In this document: positions 10,420-21,600 of the stretch, one piece after another
Position numbering within the stretch: the stretch's first letter is position 1
How the letters are laid out: the number at the start of each line of letters is the position of its first letter
Source of the DNA: Schmidtea nova
Lineage: Eukaryota
Direction of reading: 5' to 3'
Length of the DNA stretch: 64,000 nt
Assembly (NCBI GenBank): GCA_044892505.1
Contig: CM097882.1
Coordinates: 542,190,001-542,254,000, forward strand
The notes under the pieces: generated by a model
Database searches by the model: none
The model's input: only the letters and a program-made list of their open reading frames with translations
What the model was told of the DNA's origin: nothing
Translations under genes and position numbers: made by a program

Positions 10420-13400
10420 TATGTTTGTTTTAAGTGAAGGTAGGTTTGATTTTCTGTCAAATAGTTTGTATGCTGGACTTTCGTTGTCGATTGAGTTCGG
10501 TGTGTTTTTCAGTCCCAGTAAGATTGTCGGGAGATGAGTTAGACAATTTCTGTCGTCTACTTTAGTTCTGACACTTTCCTTTAGTGTTCTGTGCAGTCTT
10601 TCGATGTTTCCGTTTGCTTTTGGGTTGTGAGCGGTTGTTCTGTTCTGTTCTATATTGTATTTAGTACGCAGAGTACTGAATAATTCTGATTCGAACTGTC
10701 TCCCTTGGTCTGTTATCAGGATTTTTGATTGACCGTAGCGAGCTATCCAATTGAACTCGATGCTGCTACAGATGTTTTCGGCTGAAATTTATTTTAACGG
10801 GATTATCTCGAACCAGTTTGTTTTTCTATCTATTATTGTTAGAAGATATTTGTAATCTTTGTTTAGTGGAAACGGTCCGACTATGTATATATGTATTATT
10901 TCAAAAGGTTGGCTACTTGGGAAATTGACTTTTTGAGGTGTTTCTTTTTTTGATATTTTGTTCATTTAACAGCTATTGCATGTTTTTACGAAATCTTTGA
11001 TTTTTTTTCTCATATTTGGCCATATGTATTTGTTGTGAATTGTTTCGTAAATGTCTCTGCTTTCTGGATGACTGATGTCATGGATTTTCGAAATATATAT
11101 TTTCCCAAACTCTTTTGGTAAGAGTATTCTTGGTGTGTTTCCGTTGCTGACATCGTACCAGAGATCGTTTCTTTTCTCTAATTTCAGGCTGTGTTTTATG
11201 GGAAGCTCTTTTAGATTTTTTGATTGTTTGTTTTTTATTTGTTCATTTTCTATTATTTCTTCAAATTCCAAGGAGTTTATGTCACTTTCTATTCTAGATA
11301 GAGTGTCTGCGCAATGTTTGATTTTCCAGCTACATAATTTATGGTGCAATTAAATTGTGAGATAAAATTTAATTGTCGAATTTGTCTTGGAGATGGATTC
11401 TTCATCGCTATTGCGTTTATTAGGGGTTTGTGGTCTGTATATATCTTTAAGGTTTGACCTTCTAGCAAGTGTTGAAAATGTTTAATTGCATCATGTATTG
11501 CTAGGAGTTCTCTGTCGAATATCTGATTTCTTGGGACTTTAGGTTTTTGAAAAGAATCCTATAAATTGTTTTCCGTATTGATTGTCCTGGTAAATTGTTG
11601 CACCCATTATAAAACCCGAACAATCTGTTGTTAGTTGATATTCTAATTCTGGATCTGGATATCCGAGTAATGTTGCTTATGAAAGGCTTTCTTTAGCTTT
11701 TTCGAATACTTCGGTTGTTTGTTGTGTCCAATTGATTTTGACATTTCGTTTTGTTTTGCTGAAGTTATTTAGTGGTGCCAATAATTTGCTACAGTTAGAA
11801 ATGTAAGAGTGGTAAACGTTTACCATTCCCAGGAATCTTCTCAGTTCCCTAATGGTAATTGGCAATTTGTAATTTGTAATTTGTAATATTGTTTATTTTG
11901 TTTTAAATTTGTTTTGTTCCTTTTTCGTTTACCCTGTTTTTTGGTTATAAGGTACTACTCCCTTCTAAGGTACGACATTATTAAAGTTTTTGGAAACCCA
12001 CGATTTTTGTACTATCTTTACAAAGGTACCACTTTTTACTAAGGTACTAATTCTACGTTATAATATTTAATAAATTAATTTAAAAAAAATTAAGATACTA
12101 ATAATAAATCAATAATTTTTTTAAATTATATAATTAATTTAACAAATTCAAATCAAATTGAAAAATGGCAGACAAAAAACGAAAAACATATACAATACAA
12201 TTTAAAGAAGCTGCTGTGAATTATGCTTTGAATTCATCCATTTCAAAAGCAGCTGAACATTATGGCTGTCACATTAACCTCATCAAGCGATGGAAAAAAC
12301 AAAAAGATCTTCTGCAATCGATTGGGAATAAAAATGCATAAGTAGTAAAAAGAATTCGACCCATTCAATGGCCAGCATTGGAGGATCATTTGAAGAAATG
12401 GGTTATTCAGCAAAGAAAAATGGATTTCCAGTTTCTGGAACATCAATTTTGCGAGAAGCCCGAGCACAGGCAATACAAATGAAAATTAACAGCTTCAAAG
12501 GATCTTTATATTGGATTTTCAGTTTTTTGAAAAGAAATAGACTCACAGTTCGAGCTGTTAGTTCAGTTGGCCAGAAGTTTCCAGATGATTGGGAAATAAA
12601 AATGAAAAGTTTTGTTAATTTCATTACATATTTCTTGATGGAGAAAACTTTCCTAGTGAAGAGGAAGTAGAATTTTTTAAATAAAAATTTTTAATACTTT
12701 TTATATTTTCTGAGTATAAATTTTTTTACCGTTTTTCTAAGGTTACACTTGATACTAAGGTACTATTCTTTACTAAGTTACCTTTGGGCTCCAAAAAAAA
12801 CTTTTAAAGTTTACTAAGGTCGTACCTTATAACCAAAAAACAGGGTAACGTATGACCAAGGAAATTTATTTCGGTTTTCATGAATTCGCAATTTTGTGCG
12901 TTGATTTTTAGTTTTGTGTTTTTTAATGTCTCGAATACGTTCTTTATGTTTTTTACATGTGTTTCCTTGCTTGGGCTGGTTTTTAAAATGTCATCCAAAT
13001 AGGCGATTGTGTTTTTGTTGCTTTTCATGGTTTGATCCATAAATCGATGGAAAGTTGCTTCTGCATTTCGTAGACCAAAAGGCATTTTGTTGTATTAGAA
13101 CATTCCAACCGGTGTTGTTATTGCAGTCTTTTTTATGTCTTCTTTCCTTATTGGGATTTGATGGTATGCTTTTTGCAGATCTATTTTTGAAAAGTATTTT
13201 GCTCCCTTTATTTGGTTAATTATGTCTTTTATAATTGGTAATGGGTAGCTGTCTAGTTCTGTAATTTTGTTTAGAAGTCTAAATCAACCCAGACTTTCCA
13301 TTCATAATTTGCCTTTTGTTTTAACATCAAAGAGGAAGACCATTCTGAATTCGAATGTTTGACAATAATGTTTTCCAATAATTCGTCGAAAATGTTTTTC

Positions 13401-13516
13401 TTAATTTCAATTTTTTTGGGATCCAGTGGCCTTTCTTTTGAGTGTACTGGATTTCCATTGGTTATTATTGCATGTTCAGTTATGTTATATAAAGTAGAAA
13501 ATATAAATATACTCAC
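10420..13516 (-). mobile_element. Degraded Ty3/gypsy pol (RT-RNase H-integrase), interrupted by a pogo element
   Basis: RT fragments 13271-13516 and 12804-13085 (MPFGLRNAEATF..AYLDD), RT/RH 11677-11865 (LRRFLGMVN), integrase H2C2 zinc finger 10966-11349 (HDISHP..CNSC) and core toward 10420. Confidence 0.88.
11932..12845 (+). mobile_element. Internally deleted pogo/POGK-like DNA transposon, 914 bp
   Basis: Perfect 24-bp TIR CCCTGTTTTTTGGTTATAAGGTAC with TA TSD (11930-31, 12846-47). The interior encodes MADKKRKTYTIQFK (Brinker-like DBD) and WPALEDHLKKWV..FKGSLYWI (CENP-B HTH) with a stop; there is no DDE domain. Subterminal TAAGGTAC motifs are repeated. Confidence 0.93.
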
Positions 13517-13974
13517 AATATATTAATAATTGTTTATAAATAAGATAAATGGATTCTTGTTTTTCTGTTAAAATTTATTTTATTTTTTGTAAAAATAGTT
13601 TTTTAAGTAGCACAAAATTATCACTTCTAAACTTTAATAAAAAAAAGAAAATAATGTTTGCTAATACACACATAATAACTTTTTTAGTGAAAGAAATCTC
13701 AACGCCAACTTTGCAATGAAAATATTTAAATTTTAAATTTATTTGTTGTTTTTAAATATAGTGTCATCTATTAATTAGGTATCAATAAAATTAATTTTTT
13801 GATTCCTAATTAACAAACGGTTCTATAAACTACAAAAAAATTAACAACCAGTTCTATAGAACCGGTGCGAACCGGCTACAGCTCATCACTGTGTTTAGCC
13901 TATATCTATTTGTTCCTATGCTATAGTCTTCATCTAACTCAAATGTTTCTACTATTTTCCCTGTCTCTAACAAT

Positions 13975-15070
13975 ACAAAAAGCATAATCAAAAAATAAAA
14001 TCGTTATTAGAATAAAGAGAATAATTTATTAAAAATTGTAGAAGAAATTCTTATTGAAATACCGTAAAAATAACAGAAATCGGAATGAAAATAGAATAGA
14101 ATTGAAATTAAATTTGATTCTTTTAATCAATCTATTAACACGCGGAAAAGGTGGACGCACACAATTTTAAGAGAATTAAAAAATAAATATTTAGAAAATA
14201 AATATAATAAATAATAAAATTAAATTTACGGAAAATAAATAAATAATCATTTATTAAAATAAAAAATTAAATATTAAAAAAATGAATTAAATGGTAAATA
14301 TTTTTGTTTCAAATAACAATGCGAAGGTGTCACAAAAAACAGTATACATAGAAGCAGAAATATCATAATTTTAACACAATGTTATCAGTAAACTACACAG
14401 AACACATTTTTAAAATTTTGTTTAACAGAGAGTGATTCTATCAGCCAGAACCAGTCATTGTATTTTGTTATTCAAGTAGAACGGTTTTCGCAGAACCACT
14501 TAAGTAGATTTTATTTTGTGTAATTTAAATTAGAAAATTTTATATTGTACGTAATAAATATTTGAAATATCATTATTTTTGTTCGTTCAAATGATTCCCG
14601 ATTAAAGTGATTTTAGGAGGGGCTCTGTTAGTGCATATGGTACGAGTTCCTGATCGGTTGGAGGTACTGAACCGAACAGTCAGTTAAGAGACTTCGTGCC
14701 ATCGTTGGTTAAATTGTATGAAATGGCGAGGGATAGCGGAAATTAAAGGATGATTATTCAGATGATTTTGGGAATAAATAAGTGTAGATCTCAGATAGGA
14801 TAAAGGGATAAAAAGCTAAAAATTATTCATACGACAGAACCGTAACGTAAATATGTGCGTTAGTCGTTCTAACGGAAGCAAGAACCCGAAAGAAAGAATG
14901 TAGTGAGTAGTTTTGGCAACGAAGCTCACCTGCTTACTAGATTATCACCACCATGTACATAACCAACATAGTACCAAGGAGTAACCATGGGTACACGAGA
15001 GAGGTTGTTTAACATTTATGGTGGGGTTTGGGTTGTAGTAATCCCTAGAAACCAATAATAATTGCGTAAC
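13975..15070 (+). repeat. LTR-like long dispersed repeat, copy B (partial, approximate)
   Basis: Collinear with the 3' two-thirds of copy A, for example aataaagagaataatttattaaaaattg and gaagctcacctgct. Confidence 0.7.
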
Positions 15071-15620
15071 AGTTCATACTCGCCAATAGGAGTCAAAGAA
15101 AGAAATTTAATTATATTGTAATTAAATTATTAATTCTGGAAACAGAGTATTAAGCAGAAAAAATAGATGAAAATTGAAGGGACTCGAAAGATAAGTGTAA
15201 TAATACCTTCTATCGGTGGTAGCTCAACCCAATGAATTGCCCTGTGATTACGATACTCATTGTGATCCCTTTCTTATAACCTAGAAAAACCTTACTGCAG
15301 ATTAGTATTAGTAATTTATCGAAGCATACTTATTGTATTTAGTCACTAGGTTATTGCAGAGATTGAAGAAACTATTGAAATTTATTGAACTGTTTAAGAA
15401 TATGTCAACATAATTGTGATAAATTGATTGATTTGAATTTTTATGTATTATTATAAAAATAAATATTTATAATCATATAAATTTTAAACATAAATTTTTT
15501 GATTAAAAATTAGTACATTTCTATTTAAATTTAATTAAATTCATATTAAAATTAATAATTTACAATTTCTATATTATTTAGAAAATGTTTTAAAAAGGTT
15601 ACAAAGAAAACATTTTTGAA

Positions 15621-15657
15621 ATGTTAAAAAATTCTTTGCGAACATTATATAAATTAG
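15621..15657 (+). CDS. NDUFS3: NDUFS3 exon 1 ([13 protein letters not shown])
   Basis: ATG at 15621 and phase-1 donor GTTAGC at 15658. The 51-bp intron ends TTTTAG at 15708. The frame joins exon 2. Confidence 0.75.
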
Positions 15658-18600
15658 GTTAGCGTGTTACGTAACGATCAATATATTATTTTAATTTTAT
15701 TCTTTTAGGAATTTTTAAAAATGTAGCATCGAAATATTGTGTTTCAACATTATCCACAAATTCACCTTCAGTTTCATCATTTTCTAATACACGTAAGATC
15801 TCGTTTTTATTATTTGAATGATTAATAACATAGATTTTTAATGATTATCATAATATATATTTCAACAACAATATTTTCAGCAACAATTCGTCCAACTGAT
15901 GAAGTAGCTAAGAGTTATTTATCTGATTTCGGATCATATGTAGGATCTTGTTTACCGAAATATGTGCAAAAAGTTCAAATTACCTCAACAGATGAGTTGG
16001 AAATATTGATTCATTACACGGGAGTTTTGCCAGTATTGACATTTCTCAAGGATAATCACCTTTCTCAATTTGGCTGTCTTGTTGACATTGCTGGCATAGA
16101 TGTGCTTTCTAGGCAATATCGATTCGAGGTTTGATTTTATTATTACTATTTTTATATTTTTTATTATAATTAATAATATTATTGCTGATATATTATTATT
16201 TATTATCATTATTTTATTACTTTATTTTTGTTTTTATTGTTATTAACCTTTATACCGTCTTTTTCAACCAAAATCCAGATTATTTTTTAAATAACTCTGA
16301 AATTATACTAATGACTCACCTAAAGTTTTTGACATGATTCAATTTACTAAAAATAAGCTTTGATCAAGAAGTTTGAGAAGCTGGTCTAGTCCGTCATGCT
16401 TCCACAAATAAATTTGAATGTAGAGAAGACTTTTACAAGGTAAGTAGCATTTTACTCATGTCGTTTGAAAAAATAAACGAGAACAGTACAAAAGCCTAAA
16501 TTGCAATTTTAGAATCGTCAACAACCACACCAATTAATTTATAAAAAATAGAACAAGAAAACAATCAACACAAGTGTTAACCTTGGAATTTCATCGAAGT
16601 AATGATTTGACAATACAAATTCTTCGTAGACACAAAGAAATAATACAAAGTAAAAAATAACTTGATGATTCAGACGCTTTGCATTTGTGATTATTTAAAA
16701 AAAAATTTACTCGAATCTTGCATTAGCAATACCTAGCACTGCCTCCAATTGTGATTCATTTTGCTCCCTATTTATAATTAATTTTAGAAAAAAAATTATT
16801 ATCATAAACATACTCACTACACTTAAAAAGTCACAAAGCCTTATAACATAAATAATTAATTTTAGGAAATTATTGCAATTTCATTTTCATTTCGGGTCCA
16901 ATGGACCCGGGCGGTAGACCGAGAGTTAAATAACTGTGTGTTTTGTGTTGTAAACTGTGTTTTTGATTAAATTATGTTTTTTGGAGAATATATTTCATTT
17001 TTTAAATTTTGGGTTCCTAAAATAAAAAAAGTTTTGTTTTCAATTTTGATTAAAAATTAAAATTTTGATTTTTTAAAAATTTAGTGTGTAAAGATATATT
17101 TTAAAAATTGAATTTTGATACAATTCGAGGATGATTATTATTGATTAATTTTTTTAAACTATTTCGTATTTCGTATTTTTTATTTATTATTGATTATCCG
17201 GGCTGCTAGTCTGCAGAACAATTATTCTATTTATACTGAAATTGTTTTCCCGTTTGCTAATTTGAGGGTTAACATTTTTATAATTTATCATTAAAAATGT
17301 GTTTTTATTCTACAACTTAATTTGTTACTTAAAAACAAATTTGCTCTTTCATGGCAATCAATTTCATTTGTAGGTAGTATATATACTTTTGTCTCTTCGA
17401 TTCAATAGTCGAATTAAAATAAAAACATATGCTGATGAGTTGACTCCGATCGATTCGGTTTATTCAGTATTTAAAGCAGCGAACTGGTTTGAAAGGGAAG
17501 TCTATGATTTATATGGAGTTTTCTTCAATGATCACCCTGATTTAAGAAGGATTCTAACTGATTACGGCTTTGAAGGTCATCCGTTCAGAAAAGATTTCCC
17601 TTTATCGGGCTATGTTGAGGTAATTAATTTACTTATTTCATATAACATAAACTACAGAAATGCCACAATCCCGTTATTATCCCATAATATCGAATCCGCC
17701 ATTTTCCTATTTTGAATATTGATTCATAAACTGAGTTCTCTTTTTTTAAACAAACAACTTTTTCAAATTTTAGTAATATTTAATTTTTAATGAAAAATGT
17801 TAGCTCAGAATTTTGTATTTCGTTTTTTTCAAAATAGTTCCTCTACAAAACATTTATTTTTGATATTCCTAATACAATAGACGTTCCTTTCCTTGTCAGA
17901 ACAAAAAGGTGATGCTTATTAGATACAAACATGTAACATTCTACTTTAACCCTCGCGTACCTGAATATAAAAAAATTATGTGCCTATGGTACATATATGT
18001 ACAACTCGGGGCGAAAGGGTTAAGAATGGAACAAATGAAATCGCCAATTCGATATCTTTTTGACAATTAATCAAAGATTGAATTTATAATAATTTTAACC
18101 AATCAACAACGGATTACTATCCAATCAAAATACAGATAATAAAATGAAAAGGAACAAGATAATATTACTTTCTTTGTCGAAAATCATCAATTTATTATTA
18201 ATTAAACTTTAAATTTGCTATAAAGGCTTATAATATTATTTATTTACAATTAAGTAAAGATTAAATTTATAATAATTTTAACCAATCAACAAAGGATTAC
18301 TATCCAATCAAAAGAATATTAATATTAAAGGCTTATAATATTATTTTTTTACAATTAAGTGAAGATTAAATTTATATTAATTTTAACCAATTTGCAACGG
18401 ATTACTATCCAATCAAAATTCAGGTAATAAAATGAAAAGGAACAGGATAATATTTTCTTTGTCGAAAATCATCAATTTATTGTTAATTAAACTTTAAATT
18501 TGCTATAAAGGCTTATAATATTATTTATTTACAATTAAGTGAAGATTAAATTTATAATAATTTTAACCAGTCAACAAGGGATTACTATCCAATCAAAATT

Positions 18601-21600
18601 CAGGTAATAAAATGAAAAGGAACAGGATAATATTATTTTCTTTGTCGAAAATCATCAATTTATTGTTATTTAAACTTTAAATTTGCTATAAAGCCTTATA
18701 ATATTATTTATCAACCTTTCGAATATTAAGATAAAAAATTTTCATATATTACCAAGATTGTTCTAATTGTAACACATAGAAGGAAACGATGTGTATGACT
18801 ATTAAAAGGTAATTAAAGTTGGAATGAGGTGTTAAAATTAATATTTATTTCGAAATTGTCTTTAAAAAATTTATCAAACATCTCTAAAAATAAATGCCGT
18901 TGCTGTTAGACGATCAGTTGATTTTGCTTTTCCAAAAATTTAGTATATAAACTTAGCTGTCTAAAGTGTGACTCAACTTACATAGGAGAAACACATAGAA
19001 CTTTTTGCACCTGACCTAATGAACACTAAAAATAAAACCAGTAATTATTACGAACACTGGGAGAAAGTACATAAAATGATCTCATTTATAGACGAATCAA
19101 AAAGTCAACTTTTACAAGACCGATTCAAAAATTCATTACAAAGATTAGCTTCTGAAACTTCTTTTATCAAAAAACAAATACCATCCATCAACATTCAATT
19201 CGCACAAAAATCATTTTTAAAAATTTTAATTAAATTAAAATAAAATTTATCCAATAAAATCATTTTAAACTAATAAAATAAATAATTAAATTTCCTACTT
19301 AAGATTAATTTAATATTACGATTGAAATACACATTTTATAACGGCTGTATCGAAATATCGTGTACCTAACAACCAAAAAAAATTTCATCTAGTCTTACAA
19401 ATTTAAATATGAAAATTATTGAATTTAATAAAAAAATATGTTACATTTAATTATTGATTACTGTGAATAAGTTTTTATACATAAAATGGATCCAATTGAG
19501 GAAAACGAAATATTAAGAGAAATATCAGATATTGATGAGTAGATTATCTCTGAAAGTGAGATAAAATACGATAAAAGTGACGGAGAATATGTAGAAGGAA
19601 AAAGAAATGATGAATAATGTCGCAAGAGATAGAATGACATTGAAAAAGAAACAAATTTTTACAGCACATCATAAATACTATAAAAGAAAGGAAAGGATCC
19701 GTATCTTGCGTAAATACATCAAGTATAAAATCAATATTTAATTATTTCATCGCTGATGACGTAATGAATTTGATAATTGAAGATGGGAATAGAAAAGTGC
19801 ATCATTAATAGAAAATCGATAAGCGATCGATAAGATAACACTAGTGGCATTAATTGAAAGTTTTTACCTACTCAAAATAGCAGGACATCAATTGTATCAC
19901 TTTGGAAACAAGATGATCCGTTTGATTTATTTATATTTACAGCATCTCTTTCAAAAAATCGTATGCAAGAAATATTAAGAGCAATAATATTTGAAAGAAC
20001 GAAGATAAATTAGCAGCAAATAAAGATGATTGTAATTTAGTCGTGGATAAATTTAAAAGTGAATATATTCCGAGATTAAATAAAAAAAGTTGTCTGAACT
20101 TAGATATAAATTTTACTGATGCCGATTTCGAAATAGTTTTGCTCACAATCTCAACAATTTTACCAGTAAAATTAGCAGTTGAGTCGCTATGTCGTGAAGA
20201 CGCCAACTTACTCTCCGCAGATGCTACATTTATATTTATGTTTGATGCTTTAAATGAAATTAAATAATCACTGAACGAAGAAATTGTAAGTGTAGTTTCC
20301 CTCATGTTTTGAAACCACAAACTCTCAATTCACTGTTGGTTGTTGTAAAATAAATGGGACTTTTGGATAAAAATCCAGTTCTAGAAGAGCACAATGAAAC
20401 CGAGTATTAAGCATAAAGTAATACACCTGAAAATTCACTGAAGAGGAAGTTGGACGAAGCAATTCTAAAACGAATAAATTATAAAGTTGTCGCCAAAAAA
20501 CTTGAACACGGCATCTGCTGAAGTGATTAAAAAAGAAATGAGAAAATTTTAAGATGAAGTTGTACAGAGAAAATATCTTCAGCAAGTTTAAGAATTACTA
20601 TTAGATTTCTTTGAATACCGGTATTAATACCTGTATTCCTGCATTGTTATTCCTTAATACCGGTATTGATTTTCCTTTCGGTTTTTGATTCCATAAAAAT
20701 AACAAATAGAGTGAAATATTGAGTTAGTAGTTGTTTTTATTGCGATCTTGACACAAGAAAACTTTCTAGATCAAAACGCGCTGTTTGCGAAAAGTTTAAA
20801 TGTCTCTCACTTTTTAAAATCTATTTTGTGTCTCGACTGTTCAACTTAAACTGTCAGTGAATAAGTAAAAAAAAGTTTTACCAGCCATTTTTTGTCTAAT
20901 TTTTCAACAATTTAAATTTTTTATTAACTTAATTTCATAAAATTAACATCATACTAAAACTCTGTAAACTCACTTTAACCCTTGTTTCGATTGTACTGAT
21001 TATTGATTCTTTAATTCTATATAAACATTCAATCTTATATTTATCATTTAGTAGTTTTATTACTAAGGCTACATTATCTCTGTTTCAATTGTCCTCATCG
21101 CTTTAAATCTTAAATAAATGCAATTTAATTAGTCATTACTATTAAACGAAACGAAACTTATAACACGTTAAAATTTGATCAATATTTGTATTTCAGAAAT
21201 TATGGTTTAAAGGCAAGACCAAAAAGATAATTTTGATCTATTTCTGAAGAAAAAATAAAATAGTTTAAATCAATAATTTTCATATTAAATTAAAATTTTT
21301 TGACTGTTAGGTACACAATGTTTCGACACAGTCTTTATCAAGTGTGTATTTAAATTGCATTTTTTCAAGGTTTAAAACGATGAGGAGAATTGAAGCCGGG
21401 ATAATGTAACCTTAATAATAAAACTAATAAAAGATAAGGGAATGATTGAATGTTTATATAGAATTAAATAATCAATAATCAGTAAAATCAAAACAAAGAT
21501 AAAAGTCTGTTTTTACCGTTTTAGTATGATGTTAATTTTCAGAAATTAAGTTACTAAATTAAATTATTTATAACATTTTTTTTGTAATCGATTTTTTTAC

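Noticed and set aside
16400-16446. Consensus donor AAG|GTAAGT at 16440 as an extra NDUFS3 exon
   Set aside because: Exons 3 and 4 already join with no gap in homology, and the site lies in a probable MITE.
15896-17438. CTGATGA strings at 15896 and 17432 (also about 47013) as hammerheads
   Set aside because: The first two are inside NDUFS3 codons, and none has a properly placed stem II plus GAAA.
17620-17715. ORF-track extension of NDUFS3 exon 4 (VINLLISY...) as the true C-terminus
   Set aside because: It is intron read-through. Homology stops at GYVE, where a GT donor sits, and resumes at 50262.
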